Shown in pieces: positions 31,701-36,702 of a stretch of DNA of 64,000 nucleotides. The notes beneath the pieces are model-generated. The model was not told the origin of the DNA. It was given only the letters and a program-made list of their open reading frames with translations, and did no database searches. A program made the position numbers and the translations under genes. The stretch is from an uncultured Gemmataceae bacterium (lineage in GTDB: Bacteria; Planctomycetota; Planctomycetia; Gemmatales; Gemmataceae). Within the stretch, counting starts at the first letter, position 1. Every line of letters starts with the position of its first letter. The stretch spans positions 96,001 through 160,000 of the forward strand of contig CAVVPN010000012.1 in assembly GCA_963750165.1 (NCBI GenBank), given 5' to 3'.

Positions 31701-33028
31701 GTGCCGTTGTAGCCGGCGTTGGGCGCGGAGAAACCGCTGATCGACACGTCGCTGCCGTCCACGAACGGATTCGTGCCGCCGCTCAGGGTGACGGTCACGT
31801 TGCCGCTGCCGTCTTCCACGATGTTCGCGATGGCCGTGCTCGGAATGCTCGCGGCGGGGTTGACTCCGGCGATCTGCACGATGTCGCCCGCATGCACCGC
31901 GCCCGCGGCGCCGAGCGTCACGGTGACGGTGTTGCCCGACGCGCTGACGCCGGTGATCGAATTGGGCGAGCCACCCGCGTTCCAGGTGGCGCCGTTGATG
32001 TCCGCCTGGGCGTAGGTGATGGCCGTGCCGCTCACCATCGTCAGGCTGGTCGTGTTGACGGGCGAGTGGGAATCACTGCTGAGCTGCTGGCGGGAGGAGC
32101 CGTCCGTGAAATTCTGAGTGAAGGGGGCGGGCTCGGCGAATTGATAGGAACCGCGCGTGGAGCCGCCCAGCTCATTACTGGTATTGACCAGGTTGTTACC
32201 GTTGCCGCTCAGGTCGGTAATGATGCCGTAGTTCGGGTTGGTGTTGAGGTTATCGGAGGCGTTGAAGCTCCAGTAGGCGCTCGGCGAAGGGATGCCAGTG
32301 TCGCCGAGATCGAGCGAGAAGGTCTTGGAACCGGACAGCGTGGCGTAGTCGAGCACCGGCACGGTGACCTGCTGCGGCGTGGTGACGCCGTCGGCCCAAC
32401 TCAGAGTTCCGGTAGTGGTCGTGTAGTCGGTGCCGGCCACGGCGGTGCCGTCGAGGGTCTGATAGGGCACGTTCAGCGCCCCATAGCTGCCGTCCTGGCG
32501 GGCGACGGTGATGACAACGTTGTTGTTGGTGACGCTCGGCACGATGGAAGTAATCACGGGCAGGCCCGGCGCGGTGTCCGTGATGTTCAGCGTCGCCGCG
32601 GAGGTGCCGAGGGTGTCGCCGCCGACCGGGTTGCTCAGGGTCAGGTTGAGGTAGCGGCCGTTGGGGTGATCCACGAGCGTATCGACGATGTTGAAGCTGA
32701 ACGACTGGCTGGTGGCGTTGGCCGCGAAGCTCAGCGTACCGCTCAGCGCCATGCCGGGCGAGTTGCCGGAGCCGAGGCGCGAATAGTCCGTCCCCAGGAT
32801 GGCCGTGCCATCGGCGATGGCGTAGTTGATGGTCTCGGTGTTGGAGAGGTCGGCACCGCTACGGGTAACGTTGACGGTGTACGCGCCAACATTTTCGGGC
32901 GTGGTGAACGACGACGCGGTGAAGCCGATGGTTCCGGCCGGACATTCACGGCCTTCGAGTTGCTCCAGCAGGGGCCGAAAAGCCCGACGAAGAAGGCGGC
33001 GCAAGCGGTTCTGCGGTTTCATGTGCAT
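16703..33028 (-). CDS. Giant (~5,440 aa) secreted modular surface protein: Calx-beta x2, LamG-like, beta-rich repeats, Ig, DNRLRE-like x2, cadherin-like, IPT/TIG x2, Big_3, YDG, cohesin-like x3, dockerin-like x2
   Basis: Uninterrupted T/S/G/N-rich ORF starting RLRRLLRRAFRPLLEQLEGRECPA. Recognised motifs: DGTA..GTDY; IDDLGIWQQTLT; ITSQP...WQVSTD; PTVTGVSPTSGTTAGGTSVVITGTNF; NKTYDGTTAAT; YDP-containing cohesins; GDIDG...LDA and RLFGD/LDYNEDG. Start may be 33022, 33028 or 33133. Confidence 0.88.
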   Translation of the reverse strand: MHMKPQNRLRRLLRRAFRPLLEQLEGRECPAGTIGFTASSFTTPENVGAYTVNVTRSGADLSNTETINYAIADGTAILGTDYSRLGSGNSPGMALSGTLSFAANATSQSFSFNIVDTLVDHPNGRYLNLTLSNPVGGDTLGTSAATLNITDTAPGLPVITSIVPSVTNNNVVITVARQDGSYGALNVPYQTLDGTAVAGTDYTTTTGTLSWADGVTTPQQVTVPVLDYATLSGSKTFSLDLGDTGIPSPSAYWSFNASDNLNTNPNYGIITDLSGNGNNLVNTSNELGGSTRGSYQFAEPAPFTQNFTDGSSRQQLSSDSHSPVNTTSLTMVSGTAITYAQADINGATWNAGGSPNSITGVSASGNTVTVTLGAAGAVHAGDIVQIAGVNPAASIPSTAIANIVEDGSGNVTVTLSGGTNPFVDGSDVSISGFSAPNAGYNGTWRITPGSTSGQNFSFVDPILGLATLTNTGSAAGYFNGIVHVATVSGNTFTYTTASGMPPYASGGTIAESYAISSAASSGNTSTITLSGASNPFKLGESVTLADLASTTSSYDTSYVVTSVSGNQFTVTTSTANLGAGTPSGAATGYAILNPFAIASVSLSGTTVTATTAYPMALTPGQFVIISGVTPSQFNGTYQINTVTDSTHFTYTDTNDPASINGTYLTSSVPIAQVSDNSNGVVTFIAAAAENFQTGDVITVSGIGGGYNGTYTITGTSGAPNLYQFTATAPGVPGGLATLPSAGGIYSGTGGTATITAFPISISGPSGTTGISETGNTVTVNFNNGTSTTGAVNAYQTGDTVWLSSAPNAAAVTITGAVEDMSGNVTIDTSAATGVAVGSYVVISGMSPAGFNGLFRVTQVNSPTEFVYSDPVTGLAESAFGTAAATYNGMYTIASVPNANSFTYTNPTASLAGGNSGNVADVTNSPGTGGTASVGYVSFSTSDNNELNQVNPYTDITIGAESGSSNSNQGVFSNVTITPGTVPTAYGNNTSFTVTGVSSGTAFTAITSGNNLSTQNPGNYVRGGLLNDGLQGPAWQGPETFLVGGDTNGPNKPITTSDTNIYVNSTVGFPITYPFYIELGPSEVAKVTGATLETSGPFAGDTQFTVVRNTLDFIADNYRAASSLQAHAANTPVILILTATTPYADNTNVPPNGGIPYNSSAEPWQELLTPYNTDAGGIDANLPNGNTTDALGYTNAHLNSLGSAGATSSASSTSTSSGTLTYSFWLNLPELIGSDFDTSTQGFFGNGQNAEMLLGHQSDPSKGGEYEGEVQVRTIPNYATAPGSSMSNPLYTLQVRADGKPDGQNVTQPLNVEFGINQWNMFTLEWTPQGLLVYQNGQFKQDLPNMGTFNPTAAKQVIDAINGLFYLNNNPQSGTKYNQGGDFQIDDLGIWQQTLTPGQIQAIYQKGIAGAWHNTATITIGSNTANVQADTITSQPASAVVNPGGSTSFSVNTYNTIASGHDTVQWQVSTDDGATYTNITNGGIYSGATSATLNISGAPTASILSVVQTASSNTVTITTTAANPFVTGDTAVISGLADTNLDGTYVIAVTSPTTFTYTTNVAPAADISLGAGGTALDTLSGYLYQAVVTNPSGNGSATLTSTAAVLAVDVSTAYFKSGSSYPSDLPSQGVLAVSNVNTSQSASMYASSANPTGQDTVLWYQSVDGGFNYSLVPLAQLPSNQAGVNNPVLTYTNVIQTDLGLYEAVFTNSLGTVTTTPLTLTNAAETITTQPTSVTATRGSTVTFTAVATAEAGDLVSWQQSTDGGITWTLFSGPTSINDGTTTLTFNNVTGAQNGYQYRAAFANGTLLTNAATLLVPGLLAYEPFNYYVPTATKDSATIAPGVSLLGQGPGNGNTSTIGLQGTWTNDGTGTPDVVAGSLQYPSYPSALGGASYPNYDGTPPASVTPFGNSYVNPYYYQSGTTQQSDIALSSPFGDSSNGGTGGTFWISFLAKPATGNSGANNSQPWAVRLISDPTNANANVYIGFNSALQWEAGSFANLVSGSSTGLITNLAENINNNGSITQEITVHLVAELQFTPGGSTTVTLYMNPGFGQSPAAGSLITTATGTDYGTISALGTFDGDRAYLGEIRVSDSFSDLWSNAAAQGISTAGVVATSDPRLNGTQVPDIADATNNGATNQTVGTGSGSYSINVVNVGSTTATAGLFKFGDGSGGISSYIPAGYSITDAKVILTGLNPTTSPTGPQPLIQTSAYNITSAWNDSSAPSPTINTSAAVATGTGTGADGEYTYDITTLAQQWAAGTTANNGIAIVQTGSTTINNLDFFSREGGYSSSVNYDVNSLDRPVLVLTLAQTSGLGITSNGGGASAAVNVPEGNTAVTAVTVNNFTGSMPAYNLSGTDASLFSITSGGVLTFMSAPTTPSLYNVTVNVTAGSSSASQALAVTVTPEGNPTLTALSDLNLQVNPGAQTVNLSGISDPNVPAPYAVSVNFSGQATGDTLGFADVAGVIPVSGWNNISSGGSQTLTDSNGGTVNGGVTLTYTGGGDTTSGGALYGLYPDSSSASNNALMKSGVGPSGGVGNSNHFTFSNLAASFPNGYDVYVYLDAPWAYTSVSGKISDGTNTVNYLATPTPFAAGFVPSNAVNQAGNYVVLRNESADSLTLTNTMLNAAFGGRSIFIFDEVTGIEIVPRATPLPLTVTTTSSNPALIPYAAVTYTGGSTGSLSFTPTADMQGSSVISVNVSDGNYTTTQQFTVNVASSPTVTGVSPTSGTTAGGTSVVITGTNFIGVSAVKFGTDNATSYTVNSPTQITAIAPAEATGTVDITITTAGGISATSAADQFSYVSSPSVTQVNPNTGPVAGGTSVVITGTSFVGVTAVKFGANDAMSYTVNSPTQITAVDPSGSPGIVDVTVTNSFGISPTSAADQFTYVTATTTMLNTLSSVVYGTQVTFTATVSGNPSVGTVTFTDNGVALPGTSTVPVTNGTASYTTFIALSAGTHPIVATYSGGTGYQGSPSASQNQVVTPAPVTVSGVVASNKTYDGTTAATVSAPTQIVSLSFYTNSGTLSTGYTDALGASDAAGIVSATNWNNVGTGASGTASSLNNATGAATGVGVTWASYGLNTEYNYGGANNFQPQGGTQGNQELMSSDIEALNTTTHIQLTNLPASGYTVYVYLSEPAYFWGATGTIYAGDGTEYISNINTGLPSGAGIDPPITSTGFQVPTAAFAGTFTQTTSTSSPGNYVEFQGLTTSTLVLTEVLAGSNGQSFAGTGITGIQIVSAPTLSGVLSSDAGNVSLVATGATGTFATRNAGTGIAVQVAGLSLTGSAAANYTLVQPTVTADIAPRPITVTAATNTKTYDGTTSAAATPTLTSGTLVGGDTATYAETYDTPDAGTGKTLTPTATINDGNGGMNYAVTYVTDTTGVINLAPTTTMLTANPNPSSFNQAVTLTATVSGGVGNNGTVDFQDNGTDLPGGSAVPVVNGVATFQISTLSVGNHPLTAIYSGSTDYAGSPSMTVTQVVSSPQPGLMVYEPFNYYVAPDTQGGRGTGMSLIGEGLNGSNLGLSGSYINLGQQDDQVVAGSLSYPEANPPASVTPLGNTMFDRSGQNGSAAPLATSAQFGDADGSSTYWVSVLIQPDVAPSGYFGTYLIGNNGSGLLLGWGGDSNTTSGRSYNGSTFGGAGTLTYANGVGYNPVAGTTVHLVAEMVFTPGQPTTVYTYLNPGFGSTPADGSLISTQTGIDYGTITKLGTGDNTAGAFQDEVRIANSYANLWSDPTVQGVPSATADASTDPRFNGTPVVATANAIYDGTTNQSDSGSYKILPVNTSATAYGMYQFGNLSSAVPAGDTITSAKVVLTPLFYGQNITSYNAYNIMSSWDDSTANQTPTIGTSVIATATGYPQGQISFDITSLAQNWLANPSSNNGIAVLGTPGSSEVDIFDREAGFRSGSGFDFNYNEVPVLVLQVASAQTGTTTTLTDLGPNPSLNFGGTIQPVSFQVHVTPASGSVAGDTVSLSDNGNPIAGATGTLDANGNAIITVSNFAVGSHPITATFATQGNFTTSTSLSVTQNVVSSLQVDSATLAGNYVQLVFDGPVDPNTTQLFYSPGATAVAPNITLTGPGGSVKGSLLIDATHPNVATFVATAGELAPGNYTVAVTNSVKAVGGATLASNYSQPLTVASPLVTPVVTAAFVARGPGQTVNIPNSSTGLPITLSGITSAVQSLSFTLTYDPTLLSVTAATLSTDAASNGNLVLNPISFTSIDAHHMLITFTIVGGSGGGHWNPSGGTGTLLTLTATVPQNAPYTDKALLATQSVVLNGTAAQGDDAIDVNAYQGDIDGSHTYTGLDASLIDRVSVGQGTGFSVFKDLDPWIIGSVTASGTLGVTGLDAADVDKAAVGSFPSVIPQPPTGFTITGPLGPDPRLYLAAATGGDGQTVTVQERFNVSGADPSTEIDAIDSVIEYDPSKFTVSNIRAGSLLPGFSVTTNVDAVHGVIRVSEFTANPAQAPNPTDGDVLLLDFTVNSSAPLGPSPLKLAASYTDANNTSTTTAVYNATSALTLGPAPQNPSTLPLSGSTVSPFVTNVDNYFSVVGHSGTEGFPANTTATAGGTVTIPINFSNGPVPFDIAAVDNAIKFNPLLLQVTNVTVGSLLTGFSLTTNVDNTNGVLRTSEFTANEAAVSGGQVGAVLQITFAVNGSASGSIPLYILQSYTDSNNTTTTTAVYDDNGAITLTPAPQGTGSNPVFVTGVDGNLNIVVQPNQPPYASLPVPAVIPEALFNPAAHAGLQTVTPNTVAFSAATGDAIIVTDSDYTASGSPETTTLTLTGSPAGTSSGPVGTLTAAASGQAMVSGGGTQPLVITGSPSDITATLSSLVYTPGPGFFGTATLTVSTTDNGNSGYGGSLTDVRSTSITVVGLFLSEIDTLKGNTTNPSQYIEVFSTVPSYTIPTGVYLTGINGVSGSTPAAGVLADIFNLSGFTTGSNGYLALLQKSEKYSSGGYEVAGGNQLDNSGTGVGFGSGNTSKFGTVTGVHTGSTRPSGQLATDILLTGAESFLLIQTPTAPTTTTNIDPANTGNPSNQTSAYNGWNVLDSVGILDSASTSHAYAAITFKPTGATGTTLAGSNVVNTGTWVANYVGRIAQNTGSSGADWLGSVVTGTPSSGMFFLGSPNSTAFAGQPLNSIGGPNDWAPQLTVAVNDDSSNQHSQVAELTLTFSTPVNIVDLASDFVLKDASGNPLSINVSDPGTGATTEGASGPVPDSGATQLFVTFNADATHTFNFITPYLDQFGNTLTVGLVDGNYFLNTKVADISAASNSAVLLDGAKNGMSGSTTSGTGNLNGNGVNQVDEFWRLFGDTEGRRQVDGVDTTNFRTVNGVTQETSGMTAGILAASESNNTVTITTNGPSGFLMGEIVNIVGLPAGYNGSFVILSVNGNTFTYMAPTSGLTAVTNPTGAAATLNSYQWYLDYNEDGNIDVGNTLEQTQLINRLFTQMPA

Positions 33029-33163
33029 CGCTCCCGAAAAAAACATCCTGCCTGGCACGGAACGGAGGCGAACAAACCGGGACGGTTTCCTACGCGATGG
33101 GCGCGAGCGAGGTCGAGGTGGACGCAGGTCCATTAATCCGGAGGGTTGGGTAAACTTGTGGCG

Positions 33164-33228
33164 AGTGTAAAGATAGGACAGTCGGGAATAAAGGATTAAT
33201 AGCGCAAATACTTTGATTTGTTGCGCAA
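33164..33228 (-). promoter_or_regulatory. Conserved operator (33191-33228) and -10 TACACT upstream of the giant gene
   Basis: 31/38 identity to 35083-35120. Confidence 0.65.
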
Positions 33229-33330
33229 AGACATAACCAACATTAAGATGCGGTGTGGACCCGTTGAACGAATCGTTTAGAAACGGTGATGGGTTGATCC
33301 CGATGTGTTTTGCGGGAAGCCTGTAATCCA

Positions 33331-33432
33331 GGGGTGTAAACCCTGTCTCAAAAGTTTACACCCCGTAGCCAGGGTTTACACTCCTGCTCGTGAGAGTTTG
33401 GAAGGGAGCTGAACTCGTGAGAGTTCAGCTAC
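33331..33432. repeat. Short inverted repeats plus REP-like hairpin
   Basis: GGGGTGTAAAC (33331) / GTTTACACCCC (33354) and GGGTTTACAC (33372). AGCTGAACTC-GTGA-GAGTTCAGCT at 33407-33430 is related to the 12138 REP. Confidence 0.65.
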
Positions 33433-33455
33433 GAGCATCCCAACAACGCACTGCA

Positions 33456-33935
33456 TTAATTGGCGGGTTGCATGTCGATGTCGAAAGTGGCTCCTTCGGG
33501 GGGCAGTTCCAGCTTGAGTCCGCTGGTCTTCGCGTCGCGATATTTCAGGGGGATCTGGGGGAAGGCAATCAGCGCGGGCGGCCCCTTGTGGCGGTTCTTC
33601 TCGATGAACTCCGGCGACGGCATCAGGGGCGGCGGCAGCACCGCGACGGCGTAGGTGCCGGGGGGCAGGCCGTAGCCCCCGGCCATCTCCACGCGGTAGT
33701 CACCGGCCTCGTTGAGCTTGGCGAGGATGTAGATGCCAGCCGTGGCGTCCTGGAACAGCACTTTCGCGCTGGGCGGGATGGGTTTGCCCTGGTACGTGAC
33801 GCGGCCCTTGACCTCGGCAAGCCGCTTGCCGCTGCCGCACCCCGCCAGCAGGACCACCAGGACCAGCGCCGCCAGGACGGGCAGCCGCCAGCGACCGGCC
33901 GAGGAGTACAAGCGCATGAGCGGACTCCCTGTCAT
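33456..33935 (-). CDS. Lipoprotein with carboxypeptidase-regulatory-like domain (typical DUF1559 partner)
   Basis: Lipobox LLAGC, VKGRVTYQGKP, GLPPGTYAVAV and IPLKY....TSGL. Confidence 0.8.
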   Translation of the reverse strand: MTGSPLMRLYSSAGRWRLPVLAALVLVVLLAGCGSGKRLAEVKGRVTYQGKPIPPSAKVLFQDATAGIYILAKLNEAGDYRVEMAGGYGLPPGTYAVAVLPPPLMPSPEFIEKNRHKGPPALIAFPQIPLKYRDAKTSGLKLELPPEGATFDIDMQPAN

Positions 33936-33960
33936 CCTGGGCGAGCCAGACCCGCCGGCA

Positions 33961-34977
33961 TCAGAAATCACCCACGGAGACGACCTTACCGTCGCTCCGG
34001 TCGGCCAGGGCATACAGCGTCTGCAGGTTGAAGTCCACGGTCAAATACCGCACCGACCCGTCGCACAGCAGCACGTTGGCGCCGTTGGGGTGGATCGACT
34101 GAATGGGCGAGTTGGGACTCGGCACCCCCAGACCGGTCGAGGATTTGAAGCCGATGGGGTACAGCACCGTCGTCACCTGGGTGGTCATCGGGCCGGCCCA
34201 GTCGGCGCAGCAATTGCCCATGGTGAACATCTGATCGTTGGTGCCGGCCCGGCAGTCCGTCTGGTTGCCGGCCCCGTCGCTGCACCAGTCGGATTGTTCC
34301 ACGACGGCCAGGGTGTTGGAGAGGCCGTCGGTGATCTGCCGAAACGCGATCTGGCCCGGAGTGGGGTGGAAGGCCTGTTGCACCGAACCGTCGCCGTATC
34401 CTTTCAGCCCGTCGGTGATGACATCGAGCATCACGCCGCCCAGGGACTTGACGATCTGGGGGTAGGCCAGGTTGCTGTAGGTGTCGCTGGCCTGGACCGA
34501 GCCCATGACGCCAGCGTAATCGGACATCATGTACTGAGGCCCTGTCCCGCGGTTCCCCCAGCGCGGCAGCGGGCTGGCCGGGCACTGGAAGGCGGATACC
34601 TGGACTCCATTCAGCAGTTGCGTGTTGAAGGGGTTGTTGTACGGGCTGCCCTGCTCGATGTACGTGAAGTTGTAATTGTTCCAGATGTTGTCCTGTTCCA
34701 GGTAGGGCAGCAGATAGAGCCGCCAGCAGTTGCCGTGGTAGCGATACCAGGGGTACGCATTACCGGGCGGCAGGACCTTCTTGGCGTCGTGATGGCAGTG
34801 CAGGGCCAGGCCGATCTGGTGCAGGTTGTTGCCACACTGGATGCGGGCGGCGGCCTCGCGAATCTTCTGCACGGCGGGCAACAGCAGCCCGATCAGCACC
34901 CCGATGATCGCGATCACCACGAGCAGCTCAATGAGCGTAAAGGCTCCTCTGGTTTGTCTCCGCGACGGCGGCGTCAT
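33961..34977 (-). CDS. DUF1559 protein with prepilin-type N-terminal cleavage/methylation and H-X9-DG motif
   Basis: [49 protein letters not shown] and [14 protein letters not shown]. Confidence 0.93.
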   Translation of the reverse strand: MTPPSRRQTRGAFTLIELLVVIAIIGVLIGLLLPAVQKIREAAARIQCGNNLHQIGLALHCHHDAKKVLPPGNAYPWYRYHGNCWRLYLLPYLEQDNIWNNYNFTYIEQGSPYNNPFNTQLLNGVQVSAFQCPASPLPRWGNRGTGPQYMMSDYAGVMGSVQASDTYSNLAYPQIVKSLGGVMLDVITDGLKGYGDGSVQQAFHPTPGQIAFRQITDGLSNTLAVVEQSDWCSDGAGNQTDCRAGTNDQMFTMGNCCADWAGPMTTQVTTVLYPIGFKSSTGLGVPSPNSPIQSIHPNGANVLLCDGSVRYLTVDFNLQTLYALADRSDGKVVSVGDF

Positions 34978-35054
34978 CGGCTTGGTCCTCTCCCCACGGG
35001 CTCCGGGCGGTTGCGGCCAGGTGTGGACCCGGTGACTGCCCGGATTTTGATGGG

Positions 35055-35120
35055 ATTGTAAATGGGCGGAAAGGGTGTGCTCAAGGATAATTAGCGCAAA
35101 TCGTTTGACCCGTTGCGCAA
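35055..35120 (-). promoter_or_regulatory. Conserved operator (35083-35120) and TTGAGC-N18-TACAAT promoter upstream of DUF1559
   Basis: Paired T(A/T)GCGCAA boxes 21 bp apart, shared with 33191-33228. Confidence 0.65.
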
Positions 35121-35182
35121 GTTCAATGCAATCATGGACGAGGCCACCGACCGAGTGGTGAGCCACGGCGACGCGCGGTCGA

Positions 35183-35339
35183 TCAGCCCCCGCGGCACGG
35201 CCCGCCCCCGGGTGGCGCCGGGTTGCACAGCAAGGAGGCCAAGGGGGCCAAGGGGGCCATCTTTTTCATACGTCGAGATTCGGCACCCCTGGAGGCGTCG
35301 GGCGTTGCCAGTCCTTGTCAGGGGCTCAAGCGGAGCAAG
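35183..35339 (+). repeat. ~156-bp direct repeat, copy A
   Basis: Highly similar to 46413-46568. Contains three 9-bp units CAAGGRGGC. Confidence 0.9.
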
Positions 35340-35572
35340 GGCTCCTGGGGCTGCGCAAGCCGCTCGCCACGGTTGAGCGGCCTGTTGCTCGGAACGGGTT
35401 TCTGACGATCCGTTCGTCCATTGTCCCGCCTTTTTCCGGCTTTTTCCAAGCCTTCCGAGCCCTCCTACCGACACGCGCTGGTTTTTCGCACGATGGGCAC
35501 GGAGACTGCATCGAGCTTCGTTAGCCTCCAACCCCAGGCCATCAGATCGTCCGAAACAGGAGCACTTCTCCG

Positions 35573-36682
35573 ATGGAGTCAGGTAAACCGCCCCGAGTTG
35601 TCGTCGTCACTGGTGCCTCGGCCGGGGTCGGCCGGGCCACGGTTCGTGCCTTCGCCCGGGAGGGGGCGCACCTCGGCTTGCTGGCCCGCGGCCGGGCGGG
35701 GCTGGCGGGGGCCCGCCACGACGCCGAGTCCCTCGGCGGCAAGGCGCTGGAACTGCCAACCGACGTGGCCGACGCCGACCAGGTCGAGAAGGCCGCCGCC
35801 GCTGTTGAGAACGCCTTCGGTCCCATTGATGTCTGGGTGAACGACGCCATGTGTTCGGTCTTCGCGCCCGTCAAGGAAATGACGCCGGCCGACTACAAGC
35901 GCGTCCTGGAAGTGACGTTCCTGGGCTACGTTCATGGCACCCTGTCGGCCCTGCGCCGCATGTTACCGCGCGATCACGGCATGATTATCCAGGTGGGCTC
36001 GGCCCTGGCCTACCGCGGTATCCCGCTGCAGTCGGCCTACTGCGCCGCCAAGCACGCCATCCAGGGCTTCAACGACTCGCTCCGCTCCGAGCTGATCCAC
36101 GACCGGAGCAACGTCAAGGTCACCATGCTGCAAATGCCGGCACTGAACACCCCGCAGTTCGACTGGGTCAAGTCGCGGTTGCCGCGCAAGCCGCAACCGG
36201 TGCCGCCGATCTACCAGCCCGAGGTGGCTGCCGAGGCCATCCTCTACGCCTCGCATCACTACCGTCGCGAGTGGTACATCGGCGGCTCCACGGCAGTGTT
36301 CGTCACCGGCAACAAGATCGCCCCGGGTCTGGGCGACTGGTATCTGGGGCACCAGGGCTACCAGTCGCAGCAGTACGACGGGCACGTGTCGCCCGACCGC
36401 CGGGACAACCTGTACGAACCCGTGGACGACGACCACGACCACGGCGCCCACGGCGACTTCGACTCTCGGGCCAAGGACCACAGCTATCAGGTGTGGGCCG
36501 ACCAGCGGCGCGACCTGATTGCCCTGACGGGACTGGCCGGCGGCGCCCTGGACGCCCTGTGCAGTGGTGTCGGCAAGTTCTGGCGCGGCGGCCTGGTCGG
36601 GCTGGGTTTAGGCACTCTGGCGGCCATCGGGCTGGGGGCACTGGCCCAACGGGAGCGGCAGGAGCAGAGCGAACGGCAGTGA
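35573..36682 (+). CDS. SDR-family oxidoreductase with C-terminal hydrophobic tail
   Basis: TGASAGVG Rossmann motif and YCAAK catalytic motif. Confidence 0.9.
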   Translation: MESGKPPRVVVVTGASAGVGRATVRAFAREGAHLGLLARGRAGLAGARHDAESLGGKALELPTDVADADQVEKAAAAVENAFGPIDVWVNDAMCSVFAPVKEMTPADYKRVLEVTFLGYVHGTLSALRRMLPRDHGMIIQVGSALAYRGIPLQSAYCAAKHAIQGFNDSLRSELIHDRSNVKVTMLQMPALNTPQFDWVKSRLPRKPQPVPPIYQPEVAAEAILYASHHYRREWYIGGSTAVFVTGNKIAPGLGDWYLGHQGYQSQQYDGHVSPDRRDNLYEPVDDDHDHGAHGDFDSRAKDHSYQVWADQRRDLIALTGLAGGALDALCSGVGKFWRGGLVGLGLGTLAAIGLGALAQRERQEQSERQ

Positions 36683-36702
36683 GTTCGGGAGAGGTGGTTC
36701 TC

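Noticed and set aside
35851..36702. 284-aa N-terminal extension of the 1142-aa GH15 ORF
   Set aside because: It overlaps the SDR gene in another frame. The real start is ATG 36703 with an RBS.
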